64,000 bases of DNA from contig JAZKZE010000115.1 of NCBI GenBank assembly GCA_045612485.1, forward strand, positions 3,524-67,523, in the 5' to 3' direction. This DNA comes from Victivallales bacterium (lineage in GTDB: Bacteria > Verrucomicrobiota > Lentisphaeria > Victivallales > UBA1829). This document shows positions 8,847 to 18,075 of this stretch, piece by piece. Every line of letters starts with the position of its first letter. Position 1 is the stretch's first letter. The notes below the pieces were generated by a model. That model did no database searches, was not told the origin of the DNA, and saw only the letters and a program-made list of their open reading frames with translations. The translations under genes were made by a program, and so were the position numbers.

Positions 8847-9737
8847 TTAATTTTTATTTTCTGTAAGTCCCAGCATGGAAAAAATCTCTTTTTCCAATGC
8901 GGAGGGAGAAGGCTTTTCTTCCGGTAAACGGGCCTGATCGGTATAGAGATTATCCGGAACGATCCGGGGGGCAGTTTGACACCAGAGATCAAAAAGGGCC
9001 GGATTTTCCTTCAGAAGAGTGTTTGCCCAGCAACGCATATTTTCAGTAAGGATCCCCCGGGAGAATGCTATTTGCAGTTTTTCATTTCTTACGATCTCTT
9101 CCGCCCGGGAAAGCAGTTTATTTGCATCCGCAAAATTTTTTATTCTGTGTGTTCTGAAAAATGTTTCTTTTTCCCTGTCGCCGGAAGTATCGGTACTGCC
9201 GGTCAAATCACTTGCCGCAAGCGGCGGAATATTATGCAGTGCCGGATGATTGGTCAATGCCACAGAATGGATCCCTGTGACATTTCCGGATCCGTTGGAA
9301 AAATACAATACCGGGGAATAATAGCGGTATTTTCCGCTGAGAATGAGTTCTTCCGCTTCTTTGGTCCAGTATTTGACAAGCCCTGCAAGACCTTCTTCAC
9401 TTTTTCGCAGCTCTTTGATCCAGCCCGCCGCCGGTGCCTTTGTTCCGCTGATGCTCTGATGTTCAAAATCAATAACAAGATCTTTGCCCCGGTTATGGAA
9501 TTCGTCTATGATGGTATCGGCATCTTCCGGAGAAAAAAAGAATTCTCCCTCATCGCCATCTTTGGTATAAGAATTTTTTCCATACTTCAAGAGAAGGATT
9601 TCTTCCGGAAGGGTACGGTTATTGGTATCGCTTACCGGGGAAGGAGGGGTGTTTTCTTTCCTTTTCTGTGAGATCGTTTCCGTAAAAGAGACGGGAATGA
9701 CAGTGGCATGGAAATATGCCATGGAATCCATTTGCAT
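8847..9737 (-). CDS. Mu-like prophage protein I (head protease/scaffold)
   Basis: Start at ATG 9737 (MQMDSMAYF...) after AAGGAAAG. Contains VIDFEHQS and AGWIKEL...YYSPV motifs typical of the Mu gpI family. Confidence 0.85.
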   Translation of the reverse strand: MQMDSMAYFHATVIPVSFTETISQKRKENTPPSPVSDTNNRTLPEEILLLKYGKNSYTKDGDEGEFFFSPEDADTIIDEFHNRGKDLVIDFEHQSISGTKAPAAGWIKELRKSEEGLAGLVKYWTKEAEELILSGKYRYYSPVLYFSNGSGNVTGIHSVALTNHPALHNIPPLAASDLTGSTDTSGDREKETFFRTHRIKNFADANKLLSRAEEIVRNEKLQIAFSRGILTENMRCWANTLLKENPALFDLWCQTAPRIVPDNLYTDQARLPEEKPSPSALEKEIFSMLGLTENKN

Positions 9738-9753
9738 TTTACTTTCCTTTTTT

Positions 9754-11094
9754 TTATGGGTTGTTTTTGTCAGTTGCCTGTTTTTCAAGGCGGATATTGA
9801 AGGCTTTTTCGATCCATTCGGGAGAGATGGCAAAATTGCTTTCAGAAAGCAGTTTGATGATCTGTGCTTTTTCCAGAAGATTTTCCGGAGAGGAAAAATC
9901 CAGGATGAAACGGTATTCACCGTCAGTACCGTAACAGTATTTTTCCAGAGGACGGAGCAATTGATTGTTGATTGTTTCCATCAGGGCGCGGCAATCTGCT
10001 TCCAGAATATCATGTCTTACATTTTCCTGGATCTGACCTTTGCTGAAGCCTCCGGAAACGGAACTGGAGGCAGTCTGTCCCAGAATGAGAAGGGTGTAAA
10101 GTTTATCTATGTAGTCCAGAAAAGTCTGGTACTCGCCGGAAGCGCTTATACCGGGAGAGAGAGTCTGGATCTGGGATTCTCCTGTAACGACTCCGGAACC
10201 GTCGGAAGAGATCCTGTTCAAGGCTGCAAGAATATTTTTTCTTGTATCCTCATTTTCAAAGTCCTGCTGATTGATCTTTGCAATGAGGAAGGGAACACCG
10301 AATTTTTCCAGAAATCTTGCCCTGTCTCTTAATGCATAATGTTTGAAAAAGTACAGCCACAGAAGGGGACGGAGCAAGCCGCCGCTGCCGCAGGGACCGG
10401 ACTTGAGCTTGTGGTAATGGAGAATAAACTGATGGGGATGATACTGGTAAAGGGGCCGGATCTGACCGCTATATGTACGCAATGCCGGATTGCCTGCGGC
10501 ATCAAAAAGAAAATTTTCCTGACAGATGCTTTTAAATCCTTTTATGGAAGAACCTCCTTCCTCCCATTCAATGACGGCTCCGGCACAGCCGAAAGCAAGG
10601 CTTTCCATAAGATGACGGAGCAAAAAATTTATGTTGGCTTTTTCCAGAATGGAGGAAAGCATACTGATTTTTTCCGGATCACGTCCGGCGATCTGCCAGT
10701 CACAGGCACATACAGCAAGTATTCTTGTTTGCAGATGAGCCGCAATGACCGGTTCATTTTCCAGTATGGCTCTGTAAAGGAAGGCCTGATCATAAAGAAA
10801 ACCGCTGTCCGCCTCTGTTGTTGCGGATCTGATGCGTGATGCGGAGATCTTTCCTGAAGGAGCAGGAACGGTAGAACAGAGTAATTCCTGAAAGTCTCTG
10901 CTTGAGTTACCGGACGGGATGGAACTGAGTCTGCTTTTGTGATTTTTTTCTGCCGGGGACGGACTGTATCTGATACAGTTTTCCGGCAAAGAAATTTTAC
11001 TGTCAGAAAGAGTTTTGGTTTTACGGAAAGAAAATGGCTGAAAGAAGGACGCTGTCATTTTCCCGGCAAAAAGGTGAAAGTGATTTTTTTTCAT
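9754..11094 (-). CDS. phage portal protein, Mu gp29-like (DUF935)
   Basis: Start at ATG 11094, 7 nt after AGGAG. Conserved blocks: IAAHLQTR, GCAGAVIEWEE, LLRPLLWLYFFKHYALRDRARFLEKFGVPF. Confidence 0.88.
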   Translation of the reverse strand: MKKNHFHLFAGKMTASFFQPFSFRKTKTLSDSKISLPENCIRYSPSPAEKNHKSRLSSIPSGNSSRDFQELLCSTVPAPSGKISASRIRSATTEADSGFLYDQAFLYRAILENEPVIAAHLQTRILAVCACDWQIAGRDPEKISMLSSILEKANINFLLRHLMESLAFGCAGAVIEWEEGGSSIKGFKSICQENFLFDAAGNPALRTYSGQIRPLYQYHPHQFILHYHKLKSGPCGSGGLLRPLLWLYFFKHYALRDRARFLEKFGVPFLIAKINQQDFENEDTRKNILAALNRISSDGSGVVTGESQIQTLSPGISASGEYQTFLDYIDKLYTLLILGQTASSSVSGGFSKGQIQENVRHDILEADCRALMETINNQLLRPLEKYCYGTDGEYRFILDFSSPENLLEKAQIIKLLSESNFAISPEWIEKAFNIRLEKQATDKNNP

Positions 11095-11267
11095 ATTCAG
11101 GGATCTCCTTTGGTTTGATCTCTGGTAAGGAGTATGCGTCAAACAAAAGGAGAAAAAAAGTAAAATTGGAGAATAAAAATTTACTCTCCGGAAAATGGTT
11201 CTGCTGATGGAAAAAACATGACAGGAAGGTTTTTTTATGAAAAAAAAGGGGGTTTTTTGCACTAAAA

Positions 11268-11300
11268 CAGAAATATTTCAGAAATATTTCAGAAATATTC
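11268..11300. repeat. 3 x 11-bp tandem repeat (CAGAAATATTT), each unit with an AAATATTT palindrome
   Basis: Units at 11268-11278, 11279-11289 and 11290-11300 (last base C). The array abuts the -35 box of the promoter below. Confidence 0.9.
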
Positions 11301-11329
11301 TTGCAATTCATCATAGAGGAGGCTATAAT
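11301..11329 (+). promoter_or_regulatory. sigma70-type promoter (TTGCAA-17-TATAAT) for the TolC-like operon
   Basis: TTGCAA at 11301-11306, a 17-nt spacer, consensus TATAAT at 11324-11329; about 60 nt upstream of the ORF start. Confidence 0.65.
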
Positions 11330-11389
11330 AAATTAATGTAATATTTTAACAAAGCCGCTGATTTTTGTCAGTGGTGTGAATAAAGGTTA

Positions 11390-13159
11390 ATGGACAGGAG
11401 TATTTCAATGCGGAGAATTGCAGTTTCAGGTATAGTTGCAACGGCACTTTTGCTTGCTTTTTGTGTGACGGCATGTAAATCTATGGAATCTTATACGGCG
11501 GATCGTGCCGAACGGTCAGTTCTGGATACGAAAAAAGCAAGGAATATGGAGTTGCTTGACGGAAGAGTATATAATCTGGAACAGTGTATAAGTTATGCTT
11601 TGAAACACAATCTGCAAGTCCGTCTGCATGAACTGGATGTGAAAATCGCCAAAGAAAATAAGATGGCAGAGGTCATGGGGATGCTTCCTGAACTCAATTT
11701 CAATGAAAATTTCAGTGCCAGAAGCAATACTCCTGCTTCAGGAAGTGAAAAGATCCATGAGGACGGCGAAACCTACGGGAACAGTACAAGTGAAGAACGT
11801 CAGGTCAATTACTTCAATATCGACCTTGTATTCAGCGTTCTGGATATGGGATTGAGCTACTGGAATACGGAAATAGCACACAATAAAATGCTTCTGCATA
11901 AACAGCGTGCAGCCCGTATGAGTCAGAATATCCAGCTGGATGTTGTGAAGGCATACTTCAAAGTTGCCGCTGCGCAGCGTGCAAAAAATAAAACAGAAAA
12001 ACTTCTTGCTGAAACAAGGAAGAAAGCAGATGATATCCGCAAACTTTCCCTGACCGGTAAAATGGATCCCATCATGGCATTCAATGTCCTGCGGAAATTT
12101 ACCGCTATGGAAAAACAGCTGACCAATTATGTTAGAGTATATGAAAATGCTTGTACGGAACTGCGTACACTTATGGGACTTTATCCCAGCCCCATGATCA
12201 ATGTTGATGAAAGCTGCCTGGATAATCTGAAGGCATTGGAACTTTTTTCCGCTCTTGACCGTATGGAAAAGACTGTGGGGGCGGATGGAACAGAATATCT
12301 CCACAGAGATGGTGCAGTATGGAGAGATGATTCCGCACTTCCGGATGTGAGATTTACTCCTGTTGAACTTATGGAACAGATCGCTCTTCTCCAGCGTCCT
12401 GAAATGTATGAAAGCGACCTTCAGCAGATGATCAATGTGATCGAATGCCGCAAGGTCATTCTGATGATGTTCCCCAATGTGAAACTTTATACGGAATGGG
12501 CAAACAGTTCCAATAAATATCTCTATCACCAGAGCTGGCTTGAGCTTGGTGTGCGTGCCGCATATAATCTTCTCCTGCTCCCCCATCATATTGCCAAATA
12601 TACGGCATACAGCAAGCAGACGGAAGTATCTGCAATGCGCCGTTATGCAAAATCTGTGGCAGTGATGGCACAGGTGCGTCTGGGACATGCCAATTTGCTT
12701 TCCGCGCAGGAGATCTACAAAAAAGATGTTCAGATCAGCAGGGATTATAAACTGCATCTTGCCAATGCCTCCAAAGTTCTCAAATCCGGTGCCGGTAAAT
12801 ATAAAGGCATGGATCTGGAATACATGCGTCTGGAAACACTTAAAGCAGAGATCGATTCCATCCTTTCTCTCGGAAACTGCTATGTGGCGTACTACCGTCT
12901 GCTCAATGCCATGGGGATAAACAGTGCAGATTACCGTACTTTGGATTCTCTCTGGGAAGAACTTTCCGATACAGCAAGAAAAGCGGCTTCTTCCATGAAA
13001 AAGGCCCGTCAGGAGTATAAAGCGGAACGGGTGGAACAGTTCCGTCAGGAATTGGAAAAACAGGCTGCCGCTGAAAGAAAACAGGCCGAAGAAGCAGACA
13101 GAGCTTTGCGTGAGAAGATCAATCGTGAAATCGACGCAAAACTGGGTAAACGTAAATAA
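11390..13159 (+). CDS. TolC-like outer-membrane efflux-family lipoprotein with a C-terminal charged coiled-coil tail
   Basis: Lipobox LLAFCVTAC. An alternative start is ATG 11408, after AGGAG. OEP/TolC-type repeat pattern (LEQCISYALKHNLQV..., LDVVKAYFKVAAAQRA...). The last ~70 aa are K/E/R/A-rich (EKQAAAERKQAEEADRALREK). Confidence 0.85.
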   Translation: MDRSISMRRIAVSGIVATALLLAFCVTACKSMESYTADRAERSVLDTKKARNMELLDGRVYNLEQCISYALKHNLQVRLHELDVKIAKENKMAEVMGMLPELNFNENFSARSNTPASGSEKIHEDGETYGNSTSEERQVNYFNIDLVFSVLDMGLSYWNTEIAHNKMLLHKQRAARMSQNIQLDVVKAYFKVAAAQRAKNKTEKLLAETRKKADDIRKLSLTGKMDPIMAFNVLRKFTAMEKQLTNYVRVYENACTELRTLMGLYPSPMINVDESCLDNLKALELFSALDRMEKTVGADGTEYLHRDGAVWRDDSALPDVRFTPVELMEQIALLQRPEMYESDLQQMINVIECRKVILMMFPNVKLYTEWANSSNKYLYHQSWLELGVRAAYNLLLLPHHIAKYTAYSKQTEVSAMRRYAKSVAVMAQVRLGHANLLSAQEIYKKDVQISRDYKLHLANASKVLKSGAGKYKGMDLEYMRLETLKAEIDSILSLGNCYVAYYRLLNAMGINSADYRTLDSLWEELSDTARKAASSMKKARQEYKAERVEQFRQELEKQAAAERKQAEEADRALREKINREIDAKLGKRK

Positions 13160-13225
13160 GAGCAATGTTTCGGGTTATAACTAAAGATTAAGAAATATAT
13201 TCAGGAATACAGGACGGAGGAAGGA

Positions 13226-15394
13226 ATGCAGAAGTTGAAAGTTTCCATCATATTTACTCTGGCAGCCGCCGGCGGGATCGCCATGAGTGTTGCCGGCTGC
13301 CGCACGGAAGAATCTTACCGTGAGGAAAGAAAAGAGAAGGCTGTTGCCGTTTACAGGGATGTCAAAGCCAAAGAGTATCACAAAGGGATGACTCTTACTC
13401 TTGATGATTGTATCAGTTTTGCGTTGCGGAACAATATGAGTGTCAAGGTGGCAAATATGGAACGGGATGTCGCTGAAAGAATGAGAACGGCAGATATTCT
13501 GGGAATGCTTCCTGATATTACCATATCCGATAATTTTGCAGGAAGAAGCAATTCTCCCGGTTCAGGCAGTAAAGCTGTTGTAGGGGATGGAGCCACTTAC
13601 GGTTACAGCCGCAGCAGTGAAAAACGGGTCAATAACTTTAATATTGATTTTGCATTCAGTCTTCTGGATTGCGGACTTGCCTTCTTCAATGCACAGCAGA
13701 GTCATGACCGTATGCTTTTGCAGGAAAAAGCCGCAGAACGTATCAAACAGAATATTGTACTGGATACAGCAAAAGCCTATTTCCGTGTAGCGGTTGCCCA
13801 GAGAGCTGCCAAGTTGACAGAAGATCTGCTCAAGGAGTGCAAAGACCGTTATGAACTTATCCGGAAATTGCGCAAGGATAACAAGATCGATCCCTATCTT
13901 GCAACAGAAGAGATCAATAAGTTCCTTGCCATGGAATACCGTTTGAGAAATTATATCAGAACCAATGCCACTGCCCAGATCGAACTGAGAACTCTTATGG
14001 GGGTATATCCCGGGGAAGAGCTGAAAGTGGATGATTCTGTTCTGGATAATCTCCCCCAGATGGATATTCCGGATATTTCTCTTCTGGAACAGATCGCTGT
14101 TCTGAAAAGACCTGAACTTTATGAAACAGACATGCAGAAACACATCAACATCATCGAGTGCCGCAAAACCCTCCTTATGATGTTGCCCAATGTACGTCTT
14201 TACGGGGATTTTATTAACAACAGCAACTCCTTCCTGATGCATCAGTCCTGGTGGGAACTTGCGGTGCGTGCCGCATACAATGTACTGAAAACCCCCCAGT
14301 ATATCTACCGTTACAGAGCCTTCAATGAACAGGCATCTCTGGAAGAGTTGCGTTCTTTCGTCCAGGCGATCGCTGTTATGTCCCAGGTGCGTATGGCGGC
14401 TTCCGACATCATTGCCTGCCGTGACCGTTATGACATCAATGTGCGTGATGATGAGATCTATACCAAACACCTGGCAAAGACCGCAAAAGCCAAAGTCGTC
14501 AATATGAAAAAACTGGAATTGGAACATTTGAGAATGGTTGCAGCAGAAACCCGTATTGAGAAACTCATCTCCATGGGGGCCTGTCATATTGCCAATTACC
14601 GTCTGCTCAATGCGCTGGGTATCGACTCTACAGACAGCAAGACCATCGGTTCCATCAAAAGTCAGCTTGATCTTGCCAAAGTGAGAGCTGAAAAACAGCT
14701 TGCTGCCGCAGAAAGAGATTTCCAGGCAAAACTCAATGCCCTTGAAGAGGCGCGTATCGCCCGTATGCTTTTTGATGATGCTTCTGCCTACTACAAGGAT
14801 AAAAAATATGTTGAAGCTGCTGAGTATCTTAAACGTGCGGCAAAGAGAGGAAATGCAGAAGCCTGGTTCTGTCTCGGAAAACTTTACTGGAACGGCAACG
14901 GCGTGAAGAAGGATTATATGAGAGCCGTCCGCTGTTTCGTAAGATCTGCCGATCTGGGGAAAAAGGAAGCACAATTGCTTGCCGGCTGGACCTATTACAA
15001 GGGCGGGCCTGTGAAACAGGATCTTGCCATTGCAAAGAAATATTACCGTATGGCGGCAGACAATGCTGAAGAAAGAGCATTTTACTGGCTGGGTGTAGTC
15101 AGTTACGACATGAAAGATTACAAGGATGCCATGTACTATTTCAAATATGCCGCCAGAGGCGGGGATGTGGGATCTATGGTCTGGGTCGGTACGCTTTACC
15201 GTAACGGACTTGGTGAAAAAGTGGATTACGACAAAGCCGTTTTCTGGTATGAACGTGCAGCGAAAAAGAATAATGTGGATGCGATGAACTGTCTGTATAT
15301 GATGTATGCGGGTGGTTATGGCATCAAAGCTGATGAAAAGAAAGCAGATGAATGGCTGAAGAAATATGAAGCTGCCACTGCTGCCAGATATTGA
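13226..15394 (+). CDS. TolC-like outer-membrane lipoprotein fused to C-terminal Sel1-type repeats
   Basis: Lipobox MSVAGC. The N-terminal ~500 aa are paralogous to the previous gene. The C-terminal ~200 aa carry about 5 Sel1-like repeats (AEAWFCLGKLYWNGNGVKKDYMRAVRCF..., DAMNCLYMMYAGGYGIKADEKKADEWLKK). Confidence 0.85.
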   Translation: MQKLKVSIIFTLAAAGGIAMSVAGCRTEESYREERKEKAVAVYRDVKAKEYHKGMTLTLDDCISFALRNNMSVKVANMERDVAERMRTADILGMLPDITISDNFAGRSNSPGSGSKAVVGDGATYGYSRSSEKRVNNFNIDFAFSLLDCGLAFFNAQQSHDRMLLQEKAAERIKQNIVLDTAKAYFRVAVAQRAAKLTEDLLKECKDRYELIRKLRKDNKIDPYLATEEINKFLAMEYRLRNYIRTNATAQIELRTLMGVYPGEELKVDDSVLDNLPQMDIPDISLLEQIAVLKRPELYETDMQKHINIIECRKTLLMMLPNVRLYGDFINNSNSFLMHQSWWELAVRAAYNVLKTPQYIYRYRAFNEQASLEELRSFVQAIAVMSQVRMAASDIIACRDRYDINVRDDEIYTKHLAKTAKAKVVNMKKLELEHLRMVAAETRIEKLISMGACHIANYRLLNALGIDSTDSKTIGSIKSQLDLAKVRAEKQLAAAERDFQAKLNALEEARIARMLFDDASAYYKDKKYVEAAEYLKRAAKRGNAEAWFCLGKLYWNGNGVKKDYMRAVRCFVRSADLGKKEAQLLAGWTYYKGGPVKQDLAIAKKYYRMAADNAEERAFYWLGVVSYDMKDYKDAMYYFKYAARGGDVGSMVWVGTLYRNGLGEKVDYDKAVFWYERAAKKNNVDAMNCLYMMYAGGYGIKADEKKADEWLKKYEAATAARY

Positions 15395-15444
15395 TTCAAT
15401 AGCTGTATAAGCATGTAAAGAAAAAACTTTATCTTTTCAGTCAT

Positions 15445-15478
15445 GCCGGACAGAGTTGTTCTGTCCGGCTTTTATTTT
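15445..15478 (+). terminator. rho-independent terminator
   Basis: GCCGGACAGA pairs with TCTGTCCGGC (10-bp stem, 5-nt loop), followed by TTTTATTTT. Confidence 0.8.
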
Positions 15479-15492
15479 CAGATGGATTACTT

Positions 15493-17739
15493 ATGAAGAT
15501 TCCAACAGCACAGGTTCTTGTCAATCTTTCACTGGACAGATGTTTTGATTACCGTATTCCGGAACATCTGTCGGAAAAGGTGAAAGTAGGCATGAAAGTA
15601 ATGGTACCTTTCGGCAGGGGGAATTCCCGGCGGGAAGCGTATGTGGTTGCTTTGCGTGTGCTGGATATCCCGGATGAAAAAAGAAGTGTGTATAAGGATA
15701 TTTCCGGGATCTGTGTAAATTTTCCCGCATTGTCCGATCAGATGGTGAAACTTTCCGAATGGATGGCAGATTATTATTGCTGTGCAAGGGAAGTGGCGGT
15801 GCGTTCTCTTCTTCCGGGAGCTGTCCGTAATGGAAAGATCAAAGAAAAGACAAAGAAGGTCTATTTTCTTTCGGATACGGCAAAAGCTCTTGCCTTTATA
15901 GAGGAAAATCCCCGGGCAAAAGGAAAGATCGCCGTGATCCGGTCTTTGCTGAGAAGAAGCGGAACGGATAAGGATTTTATTCTTTATGATGCGAAAGTTA
16001 CTGCTGCTGTTTTAGAGGAGCTTGTAAAACTTTCGCTGGTAAGTTACGACGAAGTAGCTGTTGAACGGCAGTTTGCCAATGATAAAGTCATCCGTTCCAA
16101 ACCCCATGCACCCACAGAGGAGCAGGCGAAGGCATTGCAGATCATTACGGAAAAGATGGATTGTATCAAGGCGGAGGAACCTCATACAGTCCTGCTCCAC
16201 GGGGTGACGGCTTCCGGGAAAACGGAAGTCTATCTTCAGGCGATCTCTCATGCTGTGGAAGCGGGGAAGGAAGCTATTGTACTTGTGCCGGAAATTTCTC
16301 TTACGCCACAAACGGTGGAACGGTTCCGTTCCCGTTTCGGGGATATGGTCAGTGTCCTTCACAGCGGGCTTACGGATGTGGAAAGGTACGAGGAGTGGAT
16401 GAAGGTCCATGCCAGGAAAGTAAAGATCGCAGTAGGGGCAAGATCGGCATTGTTTGCTCCTTTCCGTCAACTGGGGTTGATCATTGTGGATGAAGAGCAT
16501 GATTCCTCTTATAAACAATCGGAAGCTCCCCGGTATAATGCAAGGGATGTGGCTGTTGTCCGGGGAAAATTTGAAAAGTGTGTGGTGATCCTGGGATCGG
16601 CTACGCCTTCACTGGAATCGTATAAAAATGCCCTTGACGGGAAATATACGCTTTGTGAGATGAAGAAAAGGACGGACGCCAATATCGTTCTCCCTGAGGT
16701 CAAGATCATTGATATGCGTCTGGAGGCGGATGATGAAGGGAAAAAGCCGGTTTTTTCCAAATTTCTTATTGATGCAGTTCATAAAAGGATCGCCATGGGG
16801 GAGCAGAGTATCCTCTTTTTCAATTTGCGGGGGTATGCAAGAAAGCTGGTCTGTACTGCCTGCGGGGCATATCAGGCGGAGTGTCCGGAGTGTTCGGTAG
16901 CTTATACCTATCACAAACGGGCGGGGGTATTGCGTTGTCCCCGGTGTGCGGCAACTTTACTTGCACCGGAAAAATGTCCGGAATGCGGTTCATCTGAATT
17001 GAAATATATTGGAGTGGGGACGGAAAAAATCGAAAACATTTCTTTTGATGTGTTCAAAGGGGCAAGGATCTCCCGTATGGATTCGGATGTGATGACTACC
17101 GCCCGTAAATATGAGGAAACATTAAGCAAATTCCGCCGCGGCGAAACGGATATTCTTGTAGGCACGCAGATGATCGCCAAGGGGCTTCACTTCCCCAATG
17201 TGACCCTTGTGGGGCTTATCAATGCGGATATCGGATTGAATATGCCGGACTTCCGTGCCTTTGAGCGTGGTTTTCAGTTGATCACCCAGGTGGCTGGGCG
17301 TGCCGGACGGGGGGAGGTGCCGGGGGAGGTGCTTGTACAGACAACTTTGCCCTTCAATCCGGCAGTATGCTGTGCAGCCAATCATGATTTTAAAAGTTTT
17401 TATGATGAGGAGATCCTGATAAGAGAAGAGTTGCAGTATCCCCCCTTTGGTCATTTGATGGCGGTACATTTCAACGGGGAAGATCCGTCAAAAGTGATGG
17501 AGGAAGCGTTGCTTCTTATGGAAAAAGTTCTTCCTTATAAAGAGGAGGCTACTTTATATGAGGAACCCCGCTGCGCCCATTTTGAAAGGATGAAAGGAAA
17601 GTACCGGTTTATTGCGGTATTCCGTTCCGGAAATCTGGCACCTTTACGCAGGGCGTTGCGTAAAGAGATTTTTCAGGCAAATTACCACAGGAAAAAGATG
17701 GAAGTATATGTGGATGTGGATGCCATATCTCTTTTGTGA
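15493..17739 (+). CDS. priA: primosomal protein N' (replication restart helicase PriA)
   Basis: 748 aa. Walker A GVTASGKTEVY, DEEH box IIVDEEHD, and a Cys-rich zinc-binding insert (CTACGAYQAECPEC...CPRC...CPEC). Confidence 0.95.
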   Translation: MKIPTAQVLVNLSLDRCFDYRIPEHLSEKVKVGMKVMVPFGRGNSRREAYVVALRVLDIPDEKRSVYKDISGICVNFPALSDQMVKLSEWMADYYCCAREVAVRSLLPGAVRNGKIKEKTKKVYFLSDTAKALAFIEENPRAKGKIAVIRSLLRRSGTDKDFILYDAKVTAAVLEELVKLSLVSYDEVAVERQFANDKVIRSKPHAPTEEQAKALQIITEKMDCIKAEEPHTVLLHGVTASGKTEVYLQAISHAVEAGKEAIVLVPEISLTPQTVERFRSRFGDMVSVLHSGLTDVERYEEWMKVHARKVKIAVGARSALFAPFRQLGLIIVDEEHDSSYKQSEAPRYNARDVAVVRGKFEKCVVILGSATPSLESYKNALDGKYTLCEMKKRTDANIVLPEVKIIDMRLEADDEGKKPVFSKFLIDAVHKRIAMGEQSILFFNLRGYARKLVCTACGAYQAECPECSVAYTYHKRAGVLRCPRCAATLLAPEKCPECGSSELKYIGVGTEKIENISFDVFKGARISRMDSDVMTTARKYEETLSKFRRGETDILVGTQMIAKGLHFPNVTLVGLINADIGLNMPDFRAFERGFQLITQVAGRAGRGEVPGEVLVQTTLPFNPAVCCAANHDFKSFYDEEILIREELQYPPFGHLMAVHFNGEDPSKVMEEALLLMEKVLPYKEEATLYEEPRCAHFERMKGKYRFIAVFRSGNLAPLRRALRKEIFQANYHRKKMEVYVDVDAISLL

Positions 17740-18046
17740 TATGTGATTGAGTATCTGTTTATCTGTCAATTTGTCTATCTCTTTTCACAGTTATCTCATG
17801 ATTTATGAGTTTACCGGGAAGAAAGATTTGTTTGTGTTTTTCTCACCCTCATTTCCCTGACTTTTTCATTGTTCCGGGCCGTCTGGAAAGGTAAGGAGTT
17901 TTTTTACATTATAAGACGATTTTCTGCGGTACAGTTTTTCTCCACTGTGCGTTGGTTGGCAACCGCTCCGCCCGGCAGATGTGATTTTTTTGCCCAGAAG
18001 TTTTTTATAATCTTGCATAAAATAATACACATACAATAAAAGATGC

Positions 18047-18075
18047 TTGACAAATGAAGCATGATAGTGTATACT
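18047..18075 (+). promoter_or_regulatory. consensus-like sigma70 promoter (TTGACA-17-TATACT)
   Basis: TTGACA at 18047-18052, a 17-nt spacer, TATACT at 18070-18075. It shares the context AAAGATGCTTGAC with the 5965 promoter and lies about 290 nt upstream of the next start codon. Confidence 0.55.

Larger units (their letters stand above)
6832..11094 (-). mobile_element. isolated Mu-like phage head-morphogenesis cassette (prophage remnant or domesticated module)
   Basis: Five co-oriented intact ORFs in the Mu head-gene families (portal, gpI, small protein, gpT, gp36). No terminase, transposase, tail, lysis or integrase genes lie on either side. Confidence 0.7.

Noticed and set aside
6832-11094. 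Interpreting the Mu-like genes as an active transposable prophage.
   Set aside because: Only five head genes are present. No transposase A/B, repressor, terminase, tail, lysis genes or recognisable Mu ends are visible, and both flanks are cellular genes.
11268-11300. A CRISPR-like or other repeat array.
   Set aside because: It consists of three directly abutting 11-bp units without spacers. No CRISPR repeats or cas genes occur anywhere in the window.
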